Shown here piece by piece: positions 26,479 through 38,389 of a stretch of DNA of 64,000 nt. Position 1 is the first letter of the stretch. Each line of letters starts with the position of its first letter. This DNA comes from Setoptus koraiensis. Lineage: Eukaryota > Animalia > Arthropoda. The position numbers were made by a program, and so were the translations under genes. The notes under the pieces were generated by a model. It saw only the letters and a list, made by a program, of their open reading frames with translations. It was not told the origin of the DNA and ran no database searches. The stretch spans positions 6,758,001 to 6,822,000 of the forward strand of contig CM106586.1 in the NCBI GenBank assembly GCA_048013815.1. Reading direction: 5' to 3'.

Positions 26479-26602
26479 ATCTCGACGCGCAACATCTCGA
26501 CAACACAACATCTCGACGTACAGCATCTCGACAATGCAACATCTCGACAATACAACATCTCGACGACGCAACATCTCGACGTACAGCATCTCGACAATGC
26601 AA
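26479..26602. repeat. Minisatellite: 8 copies of invariant ATCTCGAC with variable 7-8 nt linkers (period 15-16 bp)
   Basis: Core at 26479, 26494, 26510, 26525, 26541, 26557, 26573 and 26588. Confidence 0.95.
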
Positions 26603-27215
26603 TCCATCTTGTATTCATGTTCATTAAACGCAACACATGATGCAGGCACGTAACACTCACAATGATGTCAGAATAAAGACTTGTCGATATTTTGCAGATA
26701 TTTTGTCGAGATACTGTGCGTCGTGTCTCGGCCGCTGTTCATACCGACACCTATTGTTTACATCGACACCTATTGTTTGTATCGACAGTTGGGTGGGCGC
26801 AACTGCAATTACAGCAATGGCACCAGTGGCACACATGTTGAATTAATTGGTCGCGTCGGACAACTAACGCCAACTGGACAAACCACAATTGGTCTGCAGC
26901 ACGGACACATTTGCGCTCGCTGCACAGTTTGGTGGCTGCGAACAGGGGAATTCGAAGGCCGTTGGTGCAATTAGCACAATGCCGGTCAGCCGGCCCAATT
27001 AAATGAGCTGGCCAGCCACTTGAGAGCCGTCTGAGCGTCCATTCAAGGCGATTAATGGCGATTCATTTAGTGGACTGAGGCGCTCATTTAGCAGACACTA
27101 AATGACTGCAAGGCACTGCTTGGCCGGGCGGTACGACCGGCCCGATACTCTATTCGGGATACATGGTGGGCGCACAGTCAATATGATGCAGATATATAAC
27201 AGTTAATATGATGCA

Positions 27216-27252
27216 GCCTGTATCATGCAGACACAGTCTGTATGATACAGGC
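27216..27252. repeat. Hairpin: 17-bp arms, 3-nt loop
   Basis: gcctgtatcatgcagac aca gtctgtatgatacaggc (one G:T pair). Confidence 0.9.
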
Positions 27253-28859
27253 AGTGGGCCCTCATGCGACGAGTGCTACTGGTCAATTTGCATATCGCTT
27301 TGCGCGGCGTCGGTGGCGTCAGTTGCGTCATTGGTGTCAGTTGTGCCAGTATGAAGCTGGCTGGTGCAGTTGAGCGCCTGAATTCAGGCGCTGACAAATA
27401 GCACAGCGCACACTCGCAACATTATGCAACAATAATTAGAGGCGCGCAATCATCATTAGAGGCGATGGTTGCGTCACAGCAAAGCAGTCAGCAAACACAA
27501 TTAGCATAGGTGAATTAGCACAGACAAATTAACATAGGTGAGCACATTGGCACAGAAGAATCGGCACAGAAGAATTAGCCCAGAAGAATCAGCTGACAAG
27601 AGACGAATTAGCATAGACGAATGGTGGCCAACAGCGTCACGTTAGCTGGCGCGTTGCCAGGTAAGTGACGCTGTTGGCATGGCTGCCGACAGGACACAAG
27701 CAAGAGGCCGCAAACAAAGAGCGAACAGGTGCCCTCTGTCGGTCCGATGGCACCTGTCGGGCGTTGCAGTGGCCAGCTGACTTTTGACGACGTGCTGGCA
27801 CTTGGACGGGCCGGCGAGTTGCACGTGCTGGCACGTCCAACCAGAAAGAAGCCAAAAAAGGATCAGGTGTCAGCTGTTGCGGCGCCGGCCGCAAACTGGC
27901 TGACACTGGTGAGCCAAAAGAGACCCAAAGAGACTGTTTGCTGTGCGCGCTGGCCTGCTTGCGTTTATCTCAGCAGTCGTGTCGAGAGTGGCCGCACACT
28001 GGCCATTTGCAGCCATTACCTGTCGAAGCGGCCGGCCAGTTAGTGTGAGGTTGGCCCAATGCCATTGGGCCAATGGCTCGTTCATTGGCCATTGAGACTC
28101 GCAATTTGAGAGGCCGATCGAAGGCGCTCGCTCAGCACAGTGGACATCTCTGGCCCAAAGTGACCGCTGTTTGTGCGTGTGTACGTGACCACTTGAGCCG
28201 TTCTTCGGCCATCATTATCCGAGCGCAGCATAGATTGGACGGCACAGACTGAGCGTTGCTTTTTTCCAGCTCTCGCCGGCCCTTTGGCAGCTCTTCGGCG
28301 GCTCTTCGGCGGCTCTTCGGCGGCTGTTTGCCAGTGGCCAGTGGCCAGTGGTCAGTGGCCAGGTAGTCTTTGTCTCGCGCACACATTGCAAACAGTCCGC
28401 CAGTGGACGCTTCGACCAACAATACGTGCGGCCACTCGATGGCCCGAGCACCTGTTGCTTTTGTCGTGCCAGGGCTGCTTCTGTTGCCGGCCGCTGTGTC
28501 GTCGTTAGCTCCGGGCTAACACACACACACACACGCACACACACCAAACAACTGGCCACATTTACCTGTTGCATTTACCTGTGTCCGTTTCACGTTGTTA
28601 TCTGTGGCCATCATCACACAAATATAAGCTCCAGGCCATCAGCTGATTGACAGTGTGCTGTTTGTGCCGAGCCGCCGCTAGTTGGTGTCGCTAGTTGCTG
28701 GTTGCTGGTGTCACTAGTTGCTGGTGTCGCCGGTAGTCGGTGTCGCTGGTTGTCGGTGACGTTGGTTGTCGGTGTCGCTGGTTGTCGGTGACGTTGGTTG
28801 GCTTTGGGCTTTGGTTCGTTCCATCGACGCACACTTGTCATGAAGCACACATGACGATC

Positions 28860-28990
28860 GGATCGTATTCATTTCATCGACAATACGCTGTTTCACTCAT
28901 AAAACATTTCACTTGTTAGAGCATTCGTTGCGCAACAAGGTACGTATTTCATCGAACCAGGTGAGCTTACCTGTCCGACTAACAATTTGT
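28860..28990 (+). pseudogene. Relic of the 52308-53207 orphan gene (sense orientation)
   Basis: AFVAQQGTYFIEP-GELTCPTNNL versus AYIRTNERQYFVQPIGGEVSYQMTNSL; roughly 60% nucleotide match by eye. Confidence 0.45.
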
Positions 28991-29164
28991 AAGGCAACAA
29001 ACGATCCCCTTGGCACATGCAAATCCGTGTCGCACAATATTGGCTGCGAGCCTTCATCTGAGCCTGCCATGACAAGCTAGCTTGTTTTTCAATTCGAGTT
29101 ACGCAACCAATACTTTCATAATGAAACGTGATTAGCGTGAATGATGTTGCCAATGAATGAATTC

Positions 29165-29435
29165 TGTCAGGCTTGAACACTTTTATACCCACTCGCGTTG
29201 TCATTCATTTGTTTGCTGCGTTCATCTCTCGCGATATCTCAGTCAATGAAACCTGAACCGAGCCTGACATGACTAAGGTGATATTTTGGCTATCAGATGA
29301 GTGTAATCGCTGCCTTGTATCAATTTAGAGAGGCACAATATCGACACTGACAGTAATGTTGCGATGTAATCTTTTGGTTTCTCTTCTAGGATCTCGCATT
29401 GTCGATTGTCGACCAAATCACGCACAGCTTCACGT
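29165..29435 (-). pseudogene. Relic of the 52308-53207 orphan gene (same strand as the gene)
   Basis: Gapped match to 52585-52890. VRDLVDNRQCEIL versus VIDFVSDDNRVKIV; DIVPL*IDT versus DIIGSVPLNEIET. Confidence 0.55.
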
Positions 29436-29586
29436 TTTGATTAGAATTAAACTACAACTATAAGTGATATGAGTGAGCCGGCGAGCGTTGGGCACCGAAG
29501 TGTCATTCGCGCGGTAAGTTATCGGTTAGTCGGTAGCGGGCGCGGATTGTTCCGCTGCCGCGGGTTGTTCGCAGGCAAACCGTTGC

Positions 29587-29699
29587 GGCGGCTCGTTCGG
29601 CCGAATTGTGGAGGCGGCTCGTTCGGTCGGATTGTTGTGGCGGCTCGTTGGGCCGGGTTGTTGAGGCGGCTCGTTGGGCCGGATTGTTGAGGCGGCTCG
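29587..29699. repeat. 26-bp tandem repeat x5 (ggcggctcgtt.ggccggattgttga)
   Basis: Units start at 29587, 29613, 29639, 29665 and 29691. Confidence 0.9.
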
Positions 29700-30474
29700 G
29701 GTGTCGCGGAGCGGCCAGTGACGGGCGACGCGAATTGGCAGCCACCGGACAAAGGCAGAGCTCGTTCCAGCGAAACGCACAAGCAACCGACTCACCTGTG
29801 AATCGTTTGTGCAGCGTTTCGAAGGCAGCACCTGCACACTTTATCGGCGTTATTTTGCACCTTCGCGCAGTCACACAAACAAACCAAAAGTTTGACGTTT
29901 ACCTGTGTGCGTGTCTGCCATGTTTGCTCATTAAATTAAAAGCAAACAAAGCTCACAATCAACAGGTTGAGCCTTCTTTTTGGCTGGCTCTGTCTGTCGC
30001 TGTTTGGGCCGCTTGTTTCTGCTCGCTCAGGCCGATCGCCCGATTCAATCCGATTCAATTAGGTCAGTCGCGCCTGGTGCTGCCGCTATCGCCATTTATT
30101 ATATTGTACGCCGGACTGTGAATTTGAGACGTGCTGGCTGTTGAGAACGCAAACACAATCGCATCGATACAAACTACCTGTTGTCGCAAGCGCCGCCTGA
30201 ATATTGTTTGATACTGCTGGACATTGTTTGCTCCGCTGACCAGTGTCTTCATGGCCGCTTAGCGTTGGTTGGCGCTGGTTGGCGTTGGTGGTTTCGCTTG
30301 GACGAGCGGGCGGCAATTTACCTGGCCAGTTGAGTTTTTAGCCGCGTCGGCACACGGGCTGTTGCATCGCACCGCCGCACCGCCGCACCGCTGCACCGCC
30401 GCACCATCGCACCGACTGCTGCAGCGCTGAGCTTTCGCAAAGTGGCCAGTGTTCACGCACCGCTATTCACGTCG

Positions 30475-30517
30475 ATACGTGGTCAGTATTCACGACGCGT
30501 GAATACTCACCACGTAT
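30475..30517. repeat. Hairpin: 20-bp arms, 1 mismatch, 3-nt loop
   Basis: atacgtggtcagtattcacg acg cgtgaatactcaccacgtat. Confidence 0.9.
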
Positions 30518-30821
30518 AGACGCGTATGGTGCAGCGCCCGTTAACAATCGTGTCGCACAAACGCAGCAGCGACAGGTGCACGCGTGGCGGCGCTGCTGTT
30601 GCAATTCCGTTTCGCTTGTGTTGGCCGCTGAGTCGTGGCCGCAATCGAAATCGCTAATTGATCGTCGCGCTCGCTGACCACTGCAGATATTATGCACAGA
30701 TATGCGCAGATAGGCACAGGTATGCGCAGGTATGCACAGCATATGTACACTTACAGCGTATGCACGCTTGCAAGTTGCAAGTTACAACTGTTGCCAAACT
30801 CGGCGCAGTGGCCCGCTGACC

Positions 30822-30897
30822 ACTCACCTGAACAGATAGAACTCACCTGAACAGGTAGAACTCACCTGAACAGGTATAACTCACCTGAACAGGTAGA
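30822..30897. promoter_or_regulatory. 19-bp tandem array x4 of CACCTG-aa-CAGGTA bipartite E-box units
   Basis: actcacctgaacaggtaga units start at 30822, 30841, 30860 and 30879 (the first has CAGATA). Function is inferred. Confidence 0.4.
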
Positions 30898-33800
30898 AAA
30901 GTGACAGGTCGTGTTTGAGTTTGCTGCCGCACGGTTGCGGCGCTAATTTCAACCATGCAAGCGATGAATGCAAGCGATGAATGCAAGCGATGAATACAGG
31001 CCAAGGAATTGGAGGAATTGGTGGAATTTGCAACTGTGTCGCTGGTCGTGGCTAAGCACTGGCATTGTGTTTGTGTCCACTGGGCAGCTCAGTGCAAACA
31101 ATAACGGTCGGCTCCCCTTTCTCTGCGGCCGCTGCGGCAACGGGCAGCTCGTGGAGAAATATCTGCACGAGCAATCTGGCAACCTGTGCAGCGCCCGTCT
31201 GAATCAATTGGCGCTGGTATCAATAATTGGAATTATGGTTGCCATTGTTGTTGTGTGTGTGTGTTGGCACAGTTGTATGGCACTCGGCACGACAGTGTTT
31301 GCCGGCGGTGCCGCTCGAGTGGCCAATTGGTCGGGCCGCTCAACTGGCAGCTCCCGAGCGCAAATTGTGAGCGGACCGGTTAGAAATAGTTTAGCCGGCG
31401 ATGCCTGGAATGGCAAACACTAATGGCTAATTCCGTTTCGGCAGCAAGTGCTCTCAAGTGCTCGAGCGCCGCTTATTTTGCTTTGCCCGTTGTTGTTGGT
31501 GGAAACGGTGCGGCCAACAAGCGACAGAATACAGTGCAAGCTGACACACAGTGGGCACCGTTTGTTGGCCGCTTCGAACGCGTTCAATTGGCTTCGATTG
31601 TTGCTGTTGAGTTGGTCAGTTGTTTGGCACGATTGGCACTCGGCTGGTGTGAGCGTGATACAAAAACAGTTGAGCGAACAGGTAGCCAGTGGACAGTGGC
31701 CAACAGTGACCATACTGTTCGCGCTGGCCCCGTTTGGTTGCCCCATTTTGGGGCTCGACGCGTTGAAAAGCGGCTCAAAAGTGAACAATTCAATATCGAT
31801 TGCAGTGGCGATTCTCTGTGGCCCTCTATAGTACAAGTTGGACATCCCATCAAGAGAGCCTATTGTGCGCTTGACGCAGCCACTGTCAAGCAATTCGTCC
31901 AATCGCTATCAGTCTGGCCCCAATTTGCAGTCTGGCCCGAATTTGCAATCCCTCTCGCGGCGAGCAAACGAAGTGGCGTTGGATTGCGCAACACGAGCGA
32001 ATCGGTCTCGAGAGCATAGTTTGGGGCTCGCTCGTTGACCTATAATGAGCGACTCGATGAGTCGCGTCGCGTTCGTCTTGCGGCCGCCGCTCAAATCAAC
32101 TGTCGCTTTGCTCGTGTTTGGGCTTGTCGCAAAAGCGACATCAACAACAAAAGGGGGGGACGACGACGACACCGACAAGGCCAAACACGAGGCCCGAATT
32201 CAATTGTGAGTTAGCTCGGCCGCACCAATGCGCCACAATGGGTTCGAGTGGGGATAAAGCATGAGTTTATAAGTGTTGAGAAGCGTGCGAACAAGGTGCA
32301 AATAGTGAATTTGTTTGCCAAATAGTGATGAGAAGCGACAACTGGAGCAGCGGCCAGATTTGTAACGTTATTGTTATTGACTACTAATCGATCGTTGAGA
32401 GTGGGGCGCCACTCATATGCACTCAACCGGCCGCAGCCAGATTGTCAAGGTTACACAATGCCACCGCCAGGCACCACAAAGCGACAACCAGGCACCAAAC
32501 GAGCGAGACGCACAGTGGCAACTTGTGCCAGCAACAGTAACCATGGCAGCGTAATCTGTGCCGCTGTATGTCACTCGCGAGCGCCCCGACAACAACTCAT
32601 GCAACAACCAATGAGGCTCCAATGAGTTTGACAGTGCCCCCCCCCCATGCCTGCCAATCTGGCGCCCGTTCCCACTGTCAGCGCGTTGCATCAGCTGATT
32701 TTGGCACCGCACCGCTGAGGAATTTGCGAGCCAGTGGGCGACACTGCATTGTTGCCCGAGCCAGTGACACAATCGACGGGCCCATTGTTTGCCCGTGCTC
32801 GTGCAAGTTGCGCGCTGCCAGCGCGCAACTTGGTCGCGCCGAGTTGCCAGTTGAGAACGCCAAGTGTCGCGCTTCGAAATTCGAATTTTGAAATTCTCAA
32901 GTCGAAATTCTCAATTCGAAGCGCTGGGTTCAAGTTGGCAGTTGGTCAGCGTCAAGCGTCAAGCGCCAGCGTCAAGCGGGATCGAGCTCGAGTTGGCAGA
33001 GGCCGGCGCAGACTGGTATGGTCAGGCCGGCTACCGTTGCCACTTGCGCAGGTAGCTGAGGTGACACGGGAGCGGCCCGGATTGCGGATTGTTGCCGTCA
33101 GTGGAGCCAGCGGGTACGACACAAACACAACACAACTGGCACATTCACGAGTCGCGTCGGCTCGTTGTGGCCAATCGAATGGCAATAACGAGAGCGTGCA
33201 CAATTCAACTCGAATTGCATCTCGCACCAACTGTCTGCATCTTGCACCAACTGCCTGCATCTTGCACCAACTGTCTGCATCTTGCACCAACTGTCCCATT
33301 GCAACGATTCGAGTTCGAAGGCCCAACAAGGCCAGCCAGAGATAACAGTTGCCGTTGTTGTTGTTGCTGTTGTCGCTGTCGTTGTTGTTGTTGCTGTCGT
33401 TGTTGTTGTTGCTGTCGTTGTTGTTGTTGCTGTCGTTGTTGTTTTTGTTGTTGGTGGCGCTGTTGTCTCCGGCGAGTTCCCACAATTAACAATCCGCAAC
33501 GACGCACTTACCGCTAGGCGCCGTTAACAAACTAGTTGCTTGTTAAAAGCAAATCAGCCCATTGCACGTGCTCGCTGGCGTTGTTGTCGCTACTGTTGCC
33601 GGCAGTGTCGTCGTCGTGGTTGTTGTGGCCGTTGTCGCTGTTGTCGCTACGGCTGCTGTTAGTGTCGTTAGTGTCGCTGTTGTCGTTGTTGTGGCCAGTG
33701 TGGCCAGTGTCGCGCTTATCGGATAAGTCCCATTCGGGGACAACACGTAACATGTGGGCCTATATGGGCCGTGTCGTCTTGTGTTTGTTTTGGGCCTCGT

Positions 33801-34654
33801 CGTGTTCGGCTGCTGGCTGGTCGCGGTGCCAGTGCCGGTCGCAATCGCTTTCTTGGGCACGTTGGGCACGCCGAAAATTGTGGGCCGGCAGCATGGGAAT
33901 GGCGTGCAAACCAAAATGAATTATGTCACCTACTGGCCACTGATACACGACGCATAACTCGACTCGATGATGTTGCACGCTGGTTCGGTTGTTGTGTTTG
34001 TCTCTGTCACCGGCTCGCTGACACGTCGCGACTCGCGACGGTGCGCTTCGAAGCCCGCCGAAGCCCGCCGAGAGTCGCCGAAGCCCGCCGAGAGTCGCCG
34101 AAGTCAGCCGAGAGTCGCCGAAACTCGACGAAAGTCGCCGAAATCGGCGAGAGGCCGGGCAACAGTCGCGCCGCTCGGTAATCGCATCGCCGTCCGCTAA
34201 CGCGATAATGCGCCTCCTAATGATGCAACGAGCGCAGTAGTTTAGTTTGGCAACCACTGTGACAAGTCCATGTCGGGCCCGAATTGTCACAACCACCAGT
34301 TGACTCTTTATGTGCTCGTGTTTGCGTTTGCGTTTGTGTGTTATTGTCAATGTCAGCAGCCAAAATGCCACTGTTTCAACACTGTCCACTGTTGCTCAAT
34401 ATTCACCGATATCCACCCATATCGACCAATATAAGCGCCGGTATCGCGTTGCGACAACCAATAATGATTGTGTGACAGCGCCAGTGGCATATGCGACTAT
34501 CGCTCGCACTAAATTACTGACAGGCACTGTCATTTGAGTGAGACCATATGCAAATTGGCGGCGCAACCATCGCACATGCCGTGTCAGTTGCCCGTCGCCA
34601 GCCACAGATATTTACCTGTGTCAGTGTTGAGTCGGTGTGAGAGTTGTCTGGTGC

Positions 34655-34830
34655 AAATGGGTGCATGAGAGAGTTGCCATTCTGTTGCATTCTCAACGTT
34701 CTGCTGTTCACGCGTGATTCTCACGTGCGTCAGCCCTGATTGCGGCCTCAATCATCGTTATCAGTCGGCGGTATCGGCGGCGGCGGTGTCAGCAACGAAA
34801 TTGCGAGATATCGGTGCGCCAACAACAAGA
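34655..34830 (+). pseudogene. Relic of the COQ3 5' region
   Basis: SVGGIGGGGVSNEIARYRCA versus DVGCGGGILSEPLARLGA; upstream gcatga..gagagttgccatt versus gcatgaacaagttgagagtgccactt. Confidence 0.45.
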
Positions 34831-35599
34831 GCAAACAACAACGACAAGTAAGTCACCGTCGTTCAGTCGTTCAGTCGTTTAGTTGTCGTAATCATTTTTT
34901 GTCAGCCGCATCTCGTGACGACGCACACAATAATGGCGACATTATGTGCCGTGTCTGGCATTATTAGCTGGAGAGGCGCAGTTGATCAACGGTGAGCAGT
35001 TGCGACGGTTACGCAATTATTTTTAATTTGAATCAGCGATGATGATCGATCTGTGTCTGCGGCCGGCGCATCCTTTCGGGCCTCGCGTCTCGCACGACTC
35101 TCATGATAATATCATGTTGCTGTCTCCAACTGCGACTTTTCACTTTTCACGTGCCGTCTCGAGACCGACGACACGAAATCGCGGCAACGACCACGACGAC
35201 GACAACATGCGACAATGACGTGATACGACAATGGCGCTCGCATCTGGCCAAAATGGCATTCGATCATCACTGTCCGACGTTTGGGAGATTTCCCATTTCT
35301 CACCAGGGCACCACCCCGGGCCGGACAGCGGCCTTGGGGCAGACGCGGGCCATCGGGCAGACGCGGGCCATCGGGGCAGAAGCGGGCCGGACAGCGGCCA
35401 TCGGGCCAGTAACGGGCCATTGGGGCAGACGCGGGCCGGCGAAAACGGGCCCAGACGCAACAGTGCGTGACAGTGGCCAGGTAGCCCACAGGTAGCCCCG
35501 CAAGTCGCTACTTGTTGAGTGGTTGTCAGTGGCCAGTGGCGAGCGGTGCCCCTTTGATTGGTGGTGACAAAAGAACGCGAGCACCGGCGATGAGCAAAC

Positions 35600-35875
35600 G
35601 GCTGATAAGCATCGACAAATAATGGCCAAACAACAACAAGTTGCCATTGTTGCTGCCGTTTGTGTGAGACAGATAGACATCTTGTGAGAGATAAACTCAT
35701 TGGGCGACTTGCCGGCCCGCAACGAGTCTATTTTCGACACAAACGGTGGCGCCAATCGCTCAAAAATGAGCACGCCCTTGGCCGCCAATATGCAAATGTG
35801 ATGTTTTGAGGCACGAAATTCATTTTTTCCATTCAACTGCCACCGCTCACTGGCAGCGCCTCATTGAGGGCAATT
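35600..35875 (+). pseudogene. Relic of the MRRF core
   Basis: Ungapped SLFSTQTVAPIAQK (35725-35766) versus NLFKLKDVAQISRK. EGN lies 138 bp later (139 bp in the gene). Spacing to the COQ3 relic (~960 bp) matches the gene (~935 bp). Confidence 0.55.
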
Positions 35876-36673
35876 TGTCATCGGCGAGCAAACTTGTCGC
35901 CACTGCTGACCACTTGTCCGCGCCACTGTGTCGCTGGAGTCGCTGGTGCCGCTGGTGTCGCCACTGTCCAGTCGGGTAGCCGGCAACTTGTTTGCCAGCG
36001 GTCGGCGGCTGGAGGTCGGCAGTTGCCAATTGTGGCCACTGGTAGCGCACCGCGCCAATTGGAGGCGCAAACATGCGCCCGGTCTGGCCGGTTACATTAG
36101 CGCCGGGCCGGCACAGTGGCCACAACTGGTCAAACACGCCAAATCGATGTTATCAATCGGCGCTCGTCGATTCATCAATCGGCCGATTGATCGTGGCGAG
36201 CGCTGCAGATCATAAAGGGATAAACAAAAAAGCTAATCTAATCTCTGTTCACAGACACGGGCAGCTCTTCGGGTCTCAGGCTTGTGGGTTTAGGCGGCGG
36301 CGGCGGATAATCCGCGGCGCGGCGCGGTGCGGCGTTTCTTTTCCGAGCGCCGGCGCCGCTTTTTGTTGTTGTCCGCGTCGCTTAGTTATGCCCGACAGTC
36401 GGTCAGTTGTCAGCGGTCAGCTGGCAACGGTACGACACACACACAACAGTTTTGGGCAATATTGATTATTATCTAGACGGGCCTGGTCATTAGCCCGATC
36501 AGTGGCTGTCATCGCGCCGGTACGTCACCGGCGCTCGGTCACGCCATTTGATGGGGCCGCCAGGCGGAGCCAACGGTGGCTAGATTAGCATAATTTGTCC
36601 GCATCAATCACCGCTGGCATCGACAAACAGCAGCATTTGGCCGTCATTCTGGTCGACGGTTTGTTGGCCGGCC

Positions 36674-37462
36674 GGTGCACGAGCGACGTGCACCAGACCT
36701 GTGCACCGACCACTTGATGCGCAAGTAGGTTGTCGGTGCCGGTGCCGACGGTGCGATGGCGCGACGGCGCGACGGCGCGACGGTGCGATGATCTGGCGTT
36801 GAGCGATGCTCGGCTCATCATTTCGACGTACGGGTCAACGTGTCATCGGATTTGGGGCGCCCCCTTGCTCTTGGTTGCTCTGGGCAGACTTGCTCCGACA
36901 TGAGCGAGCACCAGATTACGATACGAGAAAAGTTTGACCCACCTGGCGACCGCGCCGGGCGCACTTCCCGCAGCCAGACGACGATGTACGGCACGAAATA
37001 CCAGATCTACGGTACGAAATACCCGATACACGGTGCAGAATACTCGTCCGCTGTCGATAATCGGGCTCAACGAACTGGCTCAAAGCAACCAAATATGACC
37101 GCTCGTTAGGAACGACAAGTAGTCAATCGATTTCTATCTATATTACACACCGGTCTCGTATCGTTGGCCAAAGCTCGGCGACCCAGGTTAACTAATTGAG
37201 CTAATTGAGGCCGCGTTGCTGGCAAGCATCAAGCAAAAATCCGAGATCGGACTCGCGCTCGCACAGATATCATATCGCCGATATCACCGTCCATTGTCGC
37301 GGGTAATAGTTCAATCAAGTGGACCTGCGAATGTTTTCCTCTCGGCAATCGTCACCCAGTGGTGCACGAGCGACCGTGCACCAAACTTGCGCACCTCAAT
37401 GCGCAAGTTCGTTATCGCTGCTGGTGCCGACGGTGCGATGGTGCGACGGTGCCGATGATCTG
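36674..37462. repeat. Dispersed direct duplication: 36674-36795 and 37361-37462
   Basis: Both copies read ggtgcacgagcgac..gtgcacca...atgcgcaagt...ggtgccgacggtgcgatgg.gcgacgg...gatgatctg. Confidence 0.8.
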
Positions 37463-38280
37463 ATGATTCATTGTGGCCAGCAGTGGCAATGACAAAAGCT
37501 GAGGTAGCAGCAACAGATGACAGCGAGAGAGCGAGCACGATTAGCGGCCCCCACTCGGTAAACAGGGCAAGGCACAGGCCGGTCGGCATGACCGAGCGGC
37601 TTTGTTGGGCTGCCCGAGCGGCCAGTGGCAACACAATGACCTCGTTTCAATATCGTCCTCCATTGAGCACGATGGCATTTCGCGCGGCGCGGCGCGACAC
37701 CGCGACCGGCTACTTGCACGAGCTGCCAGCGCTCACCTTGGCTCACCTCGGCTCACCTCGGTATAATGGGCATAGTTGCGGCGGGTTGGCGCTTATAGGC
37801 CAAGTGGTCACACAATTAGCATACTGTTCTCATCGGCATCCATGGCCGGCCGCGCTTGTTTGCCATTCCATTGGAATGGGCAGCCAATTGCATGCAACGG
37901 AATGATATTGTTCGCAGCAGACACAGTGGCGTTTTGAGTCTGGCGTGTCGTGTCCAGCGTTTATCCAGCGCGCGGCCTCAAGTGAATGGGCCTGGCGCGG
38001 CATTGGGTTCGCGCCCGGAGATTGATCGCGTCGGCCGCTCGGTAGCCGGCCCGCAACTGCGTGCGCCATTAGCCGGCCCGGCTACTGTCGCCGGCCAGTG
38101 GCCGCTGGCCACTGGCCACAACGCTCGTCGCACACACAGGTTTGGACAGGTAAGGCCAGGCCATTGTTGGACGGTGCGACACACACACACAGTTAGCGCG
38201 GAATAATTTGTGCCCGATTGTCAAAGTATTGTCATGCGCGCAAACACAATCAATTAGATCAATCGGTTGAAGCAGCCGAG

Positions 38281-38389
38281 CGTGCACCACGGTGCAAGCC
38301 GCGAGACGACAGTGCACCACGGTGCAAGCCACCAGACGACAGTGCACTACGGTGCAAGCCGCCAGACGACAGTGCACCATTGGTGCAAG
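38281..38389. repeat. 30-bp tandem repeat x3.6 with internal palindrome tgcaccacggtgca
   Basis: Read directly from the sequence. Confidence 0.9.

Noticed and set aside
26479-26602. CRISPR-like appearance of constant repeat plus variable linkers
   Set aside because: The repeat is only 8-9 bp and the linkers 7-8 bp and mutually related; the context is eukaryotic with no cas genes. It is a minisatellite.
32869-32924. GAA/TTC-rich tract as a heat-shock element or STAT array
   Set aside because: Spacing is GAA-n-TTC and TTCGAA, not the GAAnnTTC (HSE) or TTCnnnGAA (STAT) patterns.
35010-35022. cgcaattatt match to the COQ3-MRRF linker (RRNY codons)
   Set aside because: A 10-mer about 400 bp away from the position predicted by the flanking relics; likely chance.
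2103-35305. Scattered Su(H)-like GTGRGAA sites (e.g. 2103, 3140, 25210, 34719)
   Set aside because: Isolated and not paired; the number is compatible with chance.
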